Assembly (NCBI GenBank): GCA_041937175.2
Contig: CP166615.1
Span: 2,016,001 to 2,080,000 of the forward strand
Reading direction: 5' to 3'
Origin: Limnothrix sp. BL-A-16
GTDB taxonomy: Bacteria > Cyanobacteriota > Cyanobacteriia > CACIAM-69d
Length of the DNA stretch: 64,000 nt
Part shown: piece by piece, positions 28,209 through 38,776 of the stretch
Layout of the letters: every line of letters starts with the position of its first letter
How positions within the stretch are numbered: position 1 is the first letter of the stretch
Made by a program: the position numbers and the translations under genes
Notes under the pieces: model-generated
What the model saw: only the letters and a program-made list of their open reading frames with translations
The model's database searches: none
Told to the model about the DNA's origin: nothing

Positions 28209-30581
28209 TTATCGAAGCACTTTAACATCACGTAGATACCAGCGACCGTCCTTGCGCTGGGCTTCGTAGCGCACTCGCAGCACTTCATTGTAGGAACCGG
28301 CCCGATCGGGCTTGCCATTTTTGAACAGTTTGGCCACTTCCCGCACCTCAGCGGTAATTTGACCGCGATCGGGCTGGTCTGGCGTGGCTTTCACATCCTC
28401 CAGCTTCACCTGATGTTCGTATTCCCAGTGCAGTTTTTGGTTGAGGGCATCGCGCGATCGGGCCCGCCAAGCTCGCAACATTGGATCTGCCAAAATTTCC
28501 GTGAGGCGTTCTCCCTGGTGCTCGCGACCCATGGCGGCGGCCTTGGCGCTCAGCCAGGTCTGCACCAGTTGCTGGGCGGTTTCCGGGTTGAGGCCAGGGG
28601 CCGTGAGGGCGGTTTCCGAGTTGGGAACTGCCGGGGGCGGTGGAATTTCAATCACGGGCCGATCGAGTTGGACGATCGGTTGTTCGCCCTCCAGGTTGGG
28701 CCCCCCTTGGAAGGTTTCGCCCAGGGCTTGGAACACGCGCCAAATGAGGAACGAGCCAAGACCAATCACCATAATTCCAACCCCGATCGCGATCGGGAGT
28801 CGATCGCCGCCGCCACCCCGGTTGCGGGTGGGGCGATCGGAGCGCTGACGGCCACGACTGGGGCGATCGGCCCCACCAGGGGGTAACGGAGGCGCGGCTC
28901 CCATGGTCGATCGCCCGCCACTGCCCATGTTGCTGGCTCCTGGGTTGGCTCCCGTGGCCCGGCTGAGGGGAATCACGTTGTTGGGCGGCGGCGCGGAACC
29001 CGAAGCAGCAAAGTCCGAAAAGGCCCGGGCAACCGTGCCGGAGTCCTGGGCCGTTGGATCATGTTGGGTCGCTTGGGTTCCCAACTGTTCCGGCAAGGGC
29101 AGGGGGCGAATGGTGCTGGCAGTGGGTTCGATCGGGTTGGCAGCCGAGGGTACGGGGGTGGGCCGTTGCCAGGGAAACTGGGGCATGTCGATCGACCGGC
29201 GATCGCCCAATTCAGCCAGGGCCGCCAAGGTGCGGTTTGATCCTCGGTTCGCCGCCATCGGTGTGGCAGCTTGCACGGAAGCGCGATCGGGAACCACCGT
29301 CCATTCATTCTCCGGCGGCTCCCCTTCCGGCAAGGCTTCTAGATAGCTTTGCACCGAAGCATCCGCAAAATATTCCTTGAGGGAAACACCCCCTTGCACC
29401 AGATCCCGGAAATGGGGAAACACCTCATGGCGTAACCAATGTTCCGTGTAGGCACAGAGGCCCGGCAACAGATCCGGCGCACCGGCCGACTGTTGACGAA
29501 TCAGGGCGATCGCCTCCTGTTCCTGGCTCTGGCTCAGATAGCGCGTGGCTTCTTCGGGCCGTCCCAACAGCAAGGCACAGACCGCCTGCTCCAAAAACAC
29601 ATCCTGACGATTGCCCAATCGACGCAACAGCAAGCTCGCTTGCCTCACAAAGGCCGGCTGCCGTTGCCCAAATCCCCGGGCGATCGCCGCGTAGGCCGTT
29701 AGGAAGGTGGCCACCGCCGAAGGGCGCTTGGCCTCCGCTTCAAACAGGGCGAGCTGTTCTTCCGTGGTCAAATACACCCGCAGTTGCTGCACAAAACGCA
29801 GAAAATCCTCAACGCCCAAGCCCGATCGATCATCCCCTTGGCCGTCAATGCCTTCGCGCTCCTTCAACATGCTGCGCAACAACTGCAAACCCTGGCGATG
29901 TTGCACGCTGTTCTCGTCCGGATGGGCCAACAGCTCCAAAATGCGATAGGGCCGCAATTTGTACAAATCCGCCTGAATTTCGCCCCGCAAACTGGCAAAC
30001 AACCCATGGTGCAACAGCAACTCTTGGGCAATCTTGAGGGAGGTGGCGGCCGGTTCCGCCTGACCTTGGTGCCACTGTTCGCGGCCCAACTCTAGGTAGG
30101 CCAGCACCACGGTCAACAGAATATCTGCCAGGGCCAGTTGCGGTTCCCCAAAGCGGCCCGCCTCGATCGTGCCCGGATTGCTCAGGTGTGGATAGCCCAG
30201 TTCCAGCACCAGTTCATATTCCCCCAGTTCCTGGAGCAACAGCAGCGCCCCCACAAACTGGCGCTCATCGAGATCCAGCATGGGGGTTTCGGCGCGATCG
30301 GCCGACGGCTTCGCCCGGCGACGACCTTGAGCATCCAGCAACGGCGGAGCCGAACCACCGCCACCGGCCAAAAAGGTTTCATCGTAGGCTTGCCGGCTGG
30401 CGGACTGACTCAGTTGGCGATAGGCCTCATCGATCAACTGCTGCCGAAGGGTGATGGCGGCCTGGGAATATTCCGGGCGCGGCAGTTGGTCACTCCGCTG
30501 GCGATAGGCCTGTTGCAGTTGCGGGGTGGTGGCCTGGATCGGCAAGCCCAAGATTCGGTAATAGTCTAGGGGGATCAGCAC
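28209..30581 (-). CDS. ftn2: Cell division protein Ftn2/ZipN (ARC6 homolog; DnaJ-like N-terminus, TM, C-terminal IMS/DUF4101 domain)
   Basis: IPLDYYRILG, GALLLLQELGEYELVL, LRPYRILELLA, SPDLLPGLC-like motif, WLSAKAAAMG. GTG start at 30581 preferred (ORF extends to 30590). Confidence 0.93.
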   Translation of the reverse strand: MLIPLDYYRILGLPIQATTPQLQQAYRQRSDQLPRPEYSQAAITLRQQLIDEAYRQLSQSASRQAYDETFLAGGGGSAPPLLDAQGRRRAKPSADRAETPMLDLDERQFVGALLLLQELGEYELVLELGYPHLSNPGTIEAGRFGEPQLALADILLTVVLAYLELGREQWHQGQAEPAATSLKIAQELLLHHGLFASLRGEIQADLYKLRPYRILELLAHPDENSVQHRQGLQLLRSMLKEREGIDGQGDDRSGLGVEDFLRFVQQLRVYLTTEEQLALFEAEAKRPSAVATFLTAYAAIARGFGQRQPAFVRQASLLLRRLGNRQDVFLEQAVCALLLGRPEEATRYLSQSQEQEAIALIRQQSAGAPDLLPGLCAYTEHWLRHEVFPHFRDLVQGGVSLKEYFADASVQSYLEALPEGEPPENEWTVVPDRASVQAATPMAANRGSNRTLAALAELGDRRSIDMPQFPWQRPTPVPSAANPIEPTASTIRPLPLPEQLGTQATQHDPTAQDSGTVARAFSDFAASGSAPPPNNVIPLSRATGANPGASNMGSGGRSTMGAAPPLPPGGADRPSRGRQRSDRPTRNRGGGGDRLPIAIGVGIMVIGLGSFLIWRVFQALGETFQGGPNLEGEQPIVQLDRPVIEIPPPPAVPNSETALTAPGLNPETAQQLVQTWLSAKAAAMGREHQGERLTEILADPMLRAWRARSRDALNQKLHWEYEHQVKLEDVKATPDQPDRGQITAEVREVAKLFKNGKPDRAGSYNEVLRVRYEAQRKDGRWYLRDVKVLR

Positions 30582-31004
30582 AACTGCCACCCTCGCGGTC
30601 TAACAACAACAATCAATCGATACCACATTATTTTGCGAACTGACGGCTTTTCGGGGTCTGGATGGAACGGACAAGGGGGGGTTGAGCGGTTCTGGTTTGA
30701 CGGTTTCAGCACAATCGCCTTCAATGCCGACCCAATCTCGAACGGGCCTCGCAAGATCATCCCGATCGTTCCAATGGATTCAGAACAACTAGGCGTTATT
30801 TGGGCTATTCAAGTGGCCGGTCAATCAGCGATCGATCAGACGATTCAGGCAAGCCATCGATCATCAATCAGGCGATCGACCTTGGACCACAAAACCCCGC
30901 ATTCCGCTTTTCAATAGTCTAGACAGCGTAGCCGTTGATGCCCGTTTCGGGGATATTCTGTTAATTCAAGGCTCTCGGATTCGCTATGGGCAAATGGCAC
31001 TCGT

Positions 31005-34000
31005 ATGCTAGCCTTTGCGACAAGTATGGGGGATGTAATGGGACCCGTGGACTCGCCACCGTTAAATCTTGCACCGGAGGCCCTCGATAGCTGGGTGATG
31101 CGGGTTTTGAACTGGCCAGGCCTGCAAGTGCAAGTGCGCCTAGCGGGAACCCATTTGCACGTGCTTTGCGAAGGGTTGACCTGTCCCGATGCGGCGGTTT
31201 TGGAAGCCCGGTTTCGCCAAGGCTTGACCCGATCGCCCCTGCATCAGTTGCCCTGGGAAACCTTGCCCCGGCTGGTGTTGCTCTATGGTCGGCAACTGGG
31301 CCAAACCAAACCGGCCTGGACACGCTACGTGGTGCTGGAGCCTTCTATGATCACGGCTCCGCCTGCGGTCTCAATGCCGAGCGTTGCCGATGTGATGCAG
31401 GCTGCGGATGCTTCGGAGGAATTTGCGGCCCTGCCGCTGCCGGTGGCCTCAACACCCGACGCGCCGCCCATTCAAGCCGCTTGGGCTGGTTTGGCCCAGC
31501 GGGCTGCTCAGCAGGTGGGTGAAACCCTGAAGCGATCGGGCATTCAAGCCAAGGTGACGGTCAAAATCACCCCTAGCCCCCGGGTGATTCAGGGAGAGCC
31601 GAACGGGGCTACCGGCCATCGCCTTTGGGCCATTTGCCAGGTGACGGAACCGGTGGATTGGGTTCCCCAGGGGCCGGCCATGGCTCTGGCCTTGCGGGAG
31701 CTGAGCCTAGAGGGCTTCCGGGATGGCTATGTGTTGGGCCAGGCGCTTTCGGAACCGGAACCCAATTGGATTTTGCGGGTGAACCTGACGGCTCCTCGCC
31801 AAATGTTGTTTGATTGGGCCCGTTGGGGGGATGTGCAGGCCCTGTCGCACTTGCTCGATCGCACCTTGGGCAGTCGTTTGGCCCAATCCGTGTCGGCGGT
31901 GCTGGAAGAATCCACGCTGCATGTGTTCGCGAAGCTTCAGGAATCGGCTCTGGCCACGCCCCTGGAGGTGATTAGCACCGTTTCCACCCTGGTGCGGGCG
32001 ATCGCCCCGCAGGGCATCCATTCTTTGATGCTTTATGGCTGTCCCGATCGCCCGGAGGCCGCGCCCCAGTGGGTGGAATGGATGGACTTGCCAGCGGCCA
32101 GCCGATCGGACTTGGCCGAATCCACCCTCACCCTGGCCCAAAGTGACGATCACGCGGCCCAGGTGTTCTTGCTGGAGCGGCTGATTAATCCGCATTTAGA
32201 TCAGTGGATGGCTTCCGGAGGGCTGCGGGTTCAGCTCTGTCGGCGGGGCGATTTGCTGCATGTGATGTTGGATGGGCCCCGTTGCCCCGAACAGGCCACC
32301 GTAACCACTGCCGTGGCTAAGCTGATCCATGATTTGCAAGTGCCGGGTCTGTCCGGGGTGCGGATCTATGGACGGGCGGCCGGCAGCAAACAGCCCCAAT
32401 GGCAATTTGCCGAAGATTTCACCGCCCGCTCTGGCCGTCTCAGCTCCCATGATGCGGTGCCGGATTTTGTGGGCGCGGAGGCGGCCGCGGCCCGGGCAGC
32501 CGAAGCCACCGCCACTGCCCCCCATTCACCCCATGGTTCCGATGGGGCCCTTGCCCGGGAGTTTGATCCAGAGTTGGATCAGCCCATTGAACGAGAATCG
32601 TTGCAGCCCCTGTCGTTACCCGATGCTGGGCGATCGGGCTGGTCTTGGTCTCAGTTCTGGGAACGGGCTTGGGTGGAAGCGAGATCGACCCTCACGGCCA
32701 CGGGCATTTGGACCACGGACGCGGAACCGCCCGAGTCAGCCACCACCCATCCCAACACCCGCACCCGGGTTTGGTATTCCGATCGCCCGGAACCGGCCCC
32801 ATGGCTCCCCCTCCTCAGCGCCGGGGCGATCGGGTGCAGCCTCGTTGTGGGGCTAGATTGGATTGCCGCTCGGCCCGAATGGGCCCTGTCTTCGGCCGCC
32901 CAAGCCCGCCGTTCCGCCTCGGCCCTGTTGAACCTCTCCAGCGGCCCAGCCGAAGCAGCGGAGGTGCTCCCGGAACCGCCCCAGTTTCCCAGTTTTAATA
33001 GCCCCCAGTTCGATCGCCAGCTTCTGCTCTATCAGCAGTTTGTGCTGCGGGAAGGCGTGCCCGATGTGTTGGTGGTGGGCAGTTCTCGGGCCCTGCGCGG
33101 CATTGACCCCGCCCGATTGCGTGATCAGTTGGCTCGCCATGGTCACCCCAAGCTCAAAATCTTTAACTTTGGGATTAATGGGGCCACGGCCAAGGTTGTG
33201 CAGGCGATCGTACAGGGCATTTTGCCGCCGGAACAACTGCCCAAGCTCATTCTCTGGGCCGATGGCACTCGCGCCTTTAACAGCGGGCGGGCCGATGCCA
33301 CCTACCAAGCCATGGCCGCCTCGCCCGCTTACCGGGCCCTGCAACAGGGGAAATTTCCGCGCCCCGTGAGTCCGTTGGTCAGTGTCCCGAGCGGGGCCAC
33401 ACCCCCGCCACCACCGGCACCGCCCGATCGCCCCAGTAGCCTCACCAGCACCCGCGAAGCTCCGGCCCTGCTGCGTCAATCTTGGCTAGGCTCCACCGTC
33501 GAAACCATCCCCACCCCCGAAGATGTGGAAGCCTGGTTGCAGGAGCGCACCACGGGACTCTCCCAGGTGCATAGCCGCCGTGATAGTCTCAAGGCCACCC
33601 TGCGCGATCGGTGGCAAGGGTGGGATCTATTTGCGTTATTGGGTGCTCGCGAGACCCTCCGTCGGGGTCTCAGCCCTGCTCTGCCCGATTTGGTGCAGGG
33701 GGCCCGGGCCCACTTGGGGAAAGTGGCGGCCACGGCTGGTACAGGGCGTGATGGGGTAGTGGATTTACACGGCTTCTTACCCCTGTCTGTCAAGTTTGAT
33801 CCGGCTACGTACTATCAAACCTATCCACGGGTTCCGGGGGATTTTGATAGCGATTACCGTAGTTTTTCCTTGGGGGGCGAGCAGTTTGATGCGCTGACGG
33901 GAATTCTGCAATATACCCAACAGCGAGGAGTAAAGGTGGCTTTTGTGAATGTGCCTTTGACGGATGACTATTTAGATCCGCCCCGATCGGCCTATGAGCA

Positions 34001-34172
34001 AAAGTTTCACCAATTCATGAATTCACAGCCGTTGTTATATCTCAATCTCTCGCGGCTTTGGGTGAATAAGTACGATCGATTCTCGGATCCCAGCCACCTC
34101 AATCGCTACGGGGCCCAGTCCCTAACAGATGCGATCGCCCAGCAGAAAACCATCCCTTGGCCAAGCCCCTAG
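31005..34172 (+). CDS. Large DUF1574-like protein with C-terminal SGNH-type domain
   Basis: Repeated LHV..E/DG / VRIYGR..P.W N-terminal modules and a TM; PDVLVVGSSRALRGIDP, FNFGINGAT, FSDPSHLNRYGA. Confidence 0.7.
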   Translation: MLAFATSMGDVMGPVDSPPLNLAPEALDSWVMRVLNWPGLQVQVRLAGTHLHVLCEGLTCPDAAVLEARFRQGLTRSPLHQLPWETLPRLVLLYGRQLGQTKPAWTRYVVLEPSMITAPPAVSMPSVADVMQAADASEEFAALPLPVASTPDAPPIQAAWAGLAQRAAQQVGETLKRSGIQAKVTVKITPSPRVIQGEPNGATGHRLWAICQVTEPVDWVPQGPAMALALRELSLEGFRDGYVLGQALSEPEPNWILRVNLTAPRQMLFDWARWGDVQALSHLLDRTLGSRLAQSVSAVLEESTLHVFAKLQESALATPLEVISTVSTLVRAIAPQGIHSLMLYGCPDRPEAAPQWVEWMDLPAASRSDLAESTLTLAQSDDHAAQVFLLERLINPHLDQWMASGGLRVQLCRRGDLLHVMLDGPRCPEQATVTTAVAKLIHDLQVPGLSGVRIYGRAAGSKQPQWQFAEDFTARSGRLSSHDAVPDFVGAEAAAARAAEATATAPHSPHGSDGALAREFDPELDQPIERESLQPLSLPDAGRSGWSWSQFWERAWVEARSTLTATGIWTTDAEPPESATTHPNTRTRVWYSDRPEPAPWLPLLSAGAIGCSLVVGLDWIAARPEWALSSAAQARRSASALLNLSSGPAEAAEVLPEPPQFPSFNSPQFDRQLLLYQQFVLREGVPDVLVVGSSRALRGIDPARLRDQLARHGHPKLKIFNFGINGATAKVVQAIVQGILPPEQLPKLILWADGTRAFNSGRADATYQAMAASPAYRALQQGKFPRPVSPLVSVPSGATPPPPPAPPDRPSSLTSTREAPALLRQSWLGSTVETIPTPEDVEAWLQERTTGLSQVHSRRDSLKATLRDRWQGWDLFALLGARETLRRGLSPALPDLVQGARAHLGKVAATAGTGRDGVVDLHGFLPLSVKFDPATYYQTYPRVPGDFDSDYRSFSLGGEQFDALTGILQYTQQRGVKVAFVNVPLTDDYLDPPRSAYEQKFHQFMNSQPLLYLNLSRLWVNKYDRFSDPSHLNRYGAQSLTDAIAQQKTIPWPSP

Positions 34173-34569
34173 AGGGTGAAACCTCAGGGACTCAGGATAA
34201 CTCTCCGGGGTACGATCGCAAATGTTTGTATAACCAATCAATCTCTTCCATGGGCAGAGACCGGTTGGGAGGATCACCCCAAGCGCGATCAAAACTTCGT
34301 TACGGTTGAGCCAAGGCTTGATTCGCTTCGCTTGATTGGCTGAATTCACTGAATTCGCTAGATTAACTTAGTTGCTTTGACTGGCGGAAAATTGGCGGTG
34401 GGACAATTTCAGCCCATCAGTGGCGAATTCTTCTCCCTCGGTCTAACAATAAGGTGGGTCGCAAAGGGGCATTGGGTGGGGAGCTGCCCTTTGCAGTTAG
34501 GCTGAATTCTTGATTTGATTGTTTCCGTTTTGTGTTTGCGCCTCTGCTCCTTTGGGTTGCGCCATCGTC

Positions 34570-37092
34570 ATGACTTTTGCTGGCACTGGCAGTTTTTTGG
34601 CATCGTTAACGCGACCCGATCGGGTGGGCTTGCTCACCCAACGGGTTAAAGATCTTCCGGTTGCGGAATTTGTTTGCCTCCTGGACTTCATCACAGCGGA
34701 GTTTCAGCAGTTTTTGCGTGCCTTTGATTTGGTCAATAATGCGGCGCTCGAAAGCATCCTGGAGCAAATTCTCGATGCCTTGACCCTCAAAATTGGGCTG
34801 ATTTTGCAGGCGGAACGCACCACCATTTTTTTGCTGGATCCCGATCGCGCGGAGCTGTGGGCCCGGCCCAATGGCGATCAGGTGTCCGCGGCCGATGAAA
34901 TTCGGATTCCGCTGAATGTGGGCATCACGGGCCGATCGGCTGCCACGGGTGAGGTGGTCAACATGGCTAATGTGCAGCAGGCGGCGGGGTTTGAGCTGGC
35001 CTTTGATGGTCTGGGCGATCGCCCCACGGAGGCCCTGCTTTGTATGCCCATTCGCAGCACCGATGGGGCCGTGGTGGCCGTGGTGCAATTGCTGAATAAA
35101 ACCACTGCCCCGGCCTTTGACCGCGAAGACGAGGCCCGCTTTCGGGAATTTGCGGAATCGATCGGGATCATCCTGGAAAGTTGCCAGTCCTTTTATCAAG
35201 CGGCCCGTAACCAACGCGGGGTGGCCGCTCTGCTGAAGGTCACCACCCTATTTGCCCAAACGGGCCTGGAATTGGATCGGGTTTTGCAGGCGGTGATGGC
35301 GGAAGCCCGCGACTTTATGCAGGCGGAATATGGCACGTTGTACCGGCTCGATCGGGACACGGGCCGGCTGCGCACCACCTTTGAGGATGGGCGATCGTTG
35401 GAGGTGTCGAGCGATCGGGGGTTGGTGGGCCATGTGGTGCGCAAGGGACAGCCCCTGAACCTGAGCCATGCGCCCTCCCACGAGGATTTTGATGCCCTGC
35501 TCGATCGCCCCCATGGTCTGAATACTCGGAATGCCCTTTGCTTGCCGATCTTTGACCCCTCGGGGCAACTGATTGGCGTGAGTCAACTGCTCAACCGCAA
35601 ACAGGGCAATTTCACCGCCTCCGATGAAGCCTTCATGCGGGCCTTCAACACCCAGGCCGGCATCGCCCTGGAAAATGCCCGCCTTTTTGACAGCGTACTC
35701 ACGGAACAGCAGTACCAAAAAGACATCCTGCGGAGCCTGTCCAATGGCGTAATTTCCACGGATCTGCAAGGGCGGGTGGTGACGATCAACGAGGCCGCTT
35801 TGGAACTGCTGGGCTGTCCAGTGCGGCGGGACGGGATGGCGGGTCGCCGCAGCATCCAAACCATCTGGGAACAGCAACTTCTGAAACGGCCCGTGTGGGA
35901 AATTATCCCGATCGAGTCCTTGGAAACACGCTTGAAAGACAGCCTCAGTACCGGCGCACGCCATCGGGTTCCTGAGCAGGCCCTGCGGGTTGGGCGTTAC
36001 TTCAGCCCCCAAGAGGGAACCGTCTGGGTCGTCCCCCAGGGCAACAATCAAGTGCGGCTGTGGAACGATCCGGCCCGCCCGCTGGAGTATCTAAATCCCG
36101 ATGATATGCAACTGTTCGATCGCAACGTCAACCTAGCCGTGAATCCCCTGACGGATTTGGATGGCAAAGTGCGGGGCGGGTTGGTGGTGTTAGAAGACAT
36201 CAGCCGCGAACAACGACTCAAGGCCACCATGTCTCGCTACATGACCCCCGAGGTGGCCGAGCGGGCCGTGGAACTGGGGGCAGACATGCTGACCGGCGAG
36301 CGCAAGGATGTGACAATCCTGTTTTGCGATATTCGGGGCTACACCAGCTTGGCCGAGGCTCTGGATGCCACGGAGGTGGTGGCCCTGCTGAATCAATATT
36401 TTGAAACCATGGTGGAGGCCATTTTCGATCGCAAGGGCACCCTCGACAAATTCATTGGCGATGCGCTGATGGCGGTCTTTGGTGCGCCGTTGCCCCTCGA
36501 AGAGGATCACGCCTGGTTAGCGGTGCTGACGGCTTTGGATATGCGCGATCGCCTGAAGGTGTTTAACCGAGCCTTGGTGGCCACCGATCGACCACCCCTC
36601 CGCGTTGGCATTGGTATCAGCTCCGGCGAGGTGATTGTGGGTAACATCGGTTCCCAACGGCGCATGGACTACACCGCGATCGGGGATGCCGTGAACGTCA
36701 GCTCCCGCCTGGAAGGGCTAACCAAAGAATATGGCTGTGACATCATCCTCAGCGAAGCCACCTACGAGCGCTGTGCCGATCGGCTCTGGGTGCGCGAACT
36801 CGATCGGGTGCGGGTGAAAGGCCGCACCAAACCAATTCGCATCTTTGAACTGATTGGCGATCGCGCCCGTCCCCTCTCCTTTGAAGATGAAACCTTCCTG
36901 GAACAATACGAACTGGGCAAAGAAGCCTTTAACCGCTTCCATTTCCACAAAGCCATGGTGCATTTTGCCGCCGCCCAGCAACTGCGGCCCCATGATCACT
37001 CCGTGAAACTCCATATAGAACGGGCAACCCAATATCTGGATTGCCCGCCCCCAGAATACTGGGATGGGGTTTTTAACACCCCCAACATGTAG
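34570..37092 (+). CDS. cyaB: Class III adenylate cyclase, GAF-GAF-PAS-CHD (CyaB type)
   Basis: GAF NKFDE-type motifs (QLLNK..FDREDE; QLLNR..FTASDE), PAS, ILFCDIRGYT, LDKFIGDALMA, DYTAIGDAVNVSSRLEG, VKGR. Start moved to ATG 34570. Confidence 0.92.
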   Translation: MTFAGTGSFLASLTRPDRVGLLTQRVKDLPVAEFVCLLDFITAEFQQFLRAFDLVNNAALESILEQILDALTLKIGLILQAERTTIFLLDPDRAELWARPNGDQVSAADEIRIPLNVGITGRSAATGEVVNMANVQQAAGFELAFDGLGDRPTEALLCMPIRSTDGAVVAVVQLLNKTTAPAFDREDEARFREFAESIGIILESCQSFYQAARNQRGVAALLKVTTLFAQTGLELDRVLQAVMAEARDFMQAEYGTLYRLDRDTGRLRTTFEDGRSLEVSSDRGLVGHVVRKGQPLNLSHAPSHEDFDALLDRPHGLNTRNALCLPIFDPSGQLIGVSQLLNRKQGNFTASDEAFMRAFNTQAGIALENARLFDSVLTEQQYQKDILRSLSNGVISTDLQGRVVTINEAALELLGCPVRRDGMAGRRSIQTIWEQQLLKRPVWEIIPIESLETRLKDSLSTGARHRVPEQALRVGRYFSPQEGTVWVVPQGNNQVRLWNDPARPLEYLNPDDMQLFDRNVNLAVNPLTDLDGKVRGGLVVLEDISREQRLKATMSRYMTPEVAERAVELGADMLTGERKDVTILFCDIRGYTSLAEALDATEVVALLNQYFETMVEAIFDRKGTLDKFIGDALMAVFGAPLPLEEDHAWLAVLTALDMRDRLKVFNRALVATDRPPLRVGIGISSGEVIVGNIGSQRRMDYTAIGDAVNVSSRLEGLTKEYGCDIILSEATYERCADRLWVRELDRVRVKGRTKPIRIFELIGDRARPLSFEDETFLEQYELGKEAFNRFHFHKAMVHFAAAQQLRPHDHSVKLHIERATQYLDCPPPEYWDGVFNTPNM

Positions 37093-37121
37093 GCGATCGG
37101 TTCGCCAATCGGTGAAAAACT

Positions 37122-37145
37122 CTGCCACCTGAAACCAAGTGGCAG
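37122..37145 (-). terminator. Possible intrinsic terminator for the minus-strand (pdhB) transcript
   Basis: ctgccac-N10-gtggcag stem, followed on the minus strand by AGTTTTT. Confidence 0.4.
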
Positions 37146-37176
37146 CGCCCGTCCAAAGCATGAAGTTGTAAAGATC

Positions 37177-37265
37177 AGTCACCCTAAACAAGGGGCTTAA
37201 GCCCCTTGTCCCCCACGGTCTCGCCACGATGGAATCAGGGTTTCAGGCAATTCGACGATAGGCCC
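37177..37265 (+). mobile_element. MITE family B, 5'-truncated copy
   Basis: caccctaaa + palindrome (37189-37208) + tcccccacg...agggtttc...gacgataggccc|TA; shares the TA with the next copy. Confidence 0.55.
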
Positions 37266-37267
37266 TA

Positions 37268-37409
37268 GGGGGTGTCGTCATTTTTCGAGGTGATGCTGAA
37301 ACGGCTGATCTTCCGTACCCTAATCGTCGTAACAAGATGCTCAAGCCCCTTGTCCCCCACGATCCGCTAACGGCAGATCTAGGGTTTCGGGTTCAACGAC
37401 GACAAGCCC
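37268..37409 (+). mobile_element. MITE family B, copy 2 (142 bp, TA-flanked)
   Basis: TA|gggggtgtcgtcatt ... aacgacgacaagccc|TA; degenerate palindrome at 37333-37352; colinear with 14693-14835. Confidence 0.7.
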
Positions 37410-37506
37410 TAAGCCCCTTGTGACCTCGCGATCGGGTAACGGCAACAGTCGTTTAACTTGACCGATCAAAATAAGTTTGCCGTGCTGCTAGACGCGGCGA
37501 TCCTAA

Positions 37507-38490
37507 CTAAATGCGGTTGTCCAACAGTTTCTTCGTGGCTTCCACAATTTGGCCTGGTTGCACGATCGTCAGATTCTCCAACATCCCGTTATAGGGCGTG
37601 GGAATATCCTGCGAAGACAACCGTACCGGCGGTGCATCCAAATCATCAAAGCATTGTTCAATGATCTGGGCCGTCAGTTCTGCCGCAATGCCGCCCGTCT
37701 TCATGCACTCTTCCACAATCAGCACCCGATGGGTCTTACGCACTGACGCGGCGATCGTGGCCATATCCAACGGTTTCAGGGAAATCAGGTCAATCACTTC
37801 CGGATCGATCCCTTCCTTCTCCAGGGTTTTCACCGCCTGCATCACGTGGTGGCGCATTCGGGAATAGGTCAGGATCGTGATGTCCTCGCCCGATCGCACC
37901 ACTTCCGCCTTATCCAACGGCAGCAGATATTCTTCGTCCGGCAAATCTTCCTTCAGGTTGTAGAGCAGCACATGCTCAAAAAACAGCACCGGGTTATTGT
38001 CGCGAATGGCAGACTTCAACAGACCCTTGGCGTTATAGGGCGTGGAACAAGCCACAATTTTCAACCCAGGAACCGCTTGGAAATAAGCCTCTAGACGCTG
38101 GGAATGTTCTGCTCCCAACTGGCGACCCACCCCGCCGGGGCCCCGGATCACCATCGGAATCGTGAAGTTACCGCCGGAGGTGTAGCGCAGCATCCCGGCG
38201 TTGTTGGAAATTTGGTTAAAGGCCAGCAACAAAAAGCCCATATTCATGCCTTCCACGATCGGGCGAAGACCCGTCATCGCCGCTCCCACAGCCATCCCCG
38301 TAAAGCTGTTTTCGGCGATCGGGGTATCCAGCAGCCGCAGATCACCGTATTTCTTATACAAATCCTTGGTGACCTTGTAGGAGCCGCCATAGTGACCCAC
38401 ATCTTCTCCCATCACCAACACCCGAGGGTCACGGGCCATTTCTTCGTCGGTTGCTTCACGAAGGGCGTTGAAGAAAATCGTTTCTGCCAT
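37507..38490 (-). CDS. pdhB: Pyruvate dehydrogenase E1 component subunit beta
   Basis: [53 protein letters not shown]. Confidence 0.97.
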   Translation of the reverse strand: MAETIFFNALREATDEEMARDPRVLVMGEDVGHYGGSYKVTKDLYKKYGDLRLLDTPIAENSFTGMAVGAAMTGLRPIVEGMNMGFLLLAFNQISNNAGMLRYTSGGNFTIPMVIRGPGGVGRQLGAEHSQRLEAYFQAVPGLKIVACSTPYNAKGLLKSAIRDNNPVLFFEHVLLYNLKEDLPDEEYLLPLDKAEVVRSGEDITILTYSRMRHHVMQAVKTLEKEGIDPEVIDLISLKPLDMATIAASVRKTHRVLIVEECMKTGGIAAELTAQIIEQCFDDLDAPPVRLSSQDIPTPYNGMLENLTIVQPGQIVEATKKLLDNRI

Positions 38491-38776
38491 CGGTTTGTTG
38501 TGGAATTCGTTGTGGAAGTTGAATCAAGGTTGGCTCAGCGGGGTTTATTGTACCGCCAAGGTTGCGCCCGATCGCGCCGAACTCCGGCCATGGGGCCCCA
38601 AATCCCGTCACGGTTTGTTCAAAAATCAACCTTAACGATCGCCCCCAACCCACGGAAACCAAGCCACAATACGAGGCGACGCGCACTGCAAACCGCGCCA
38701 CCGCAAACCGCACCAAAAACCCCACGCTCGCTAGGGTTTTGATTTTTAGGGTTTTGACTTTAAGGACGGATTCACC

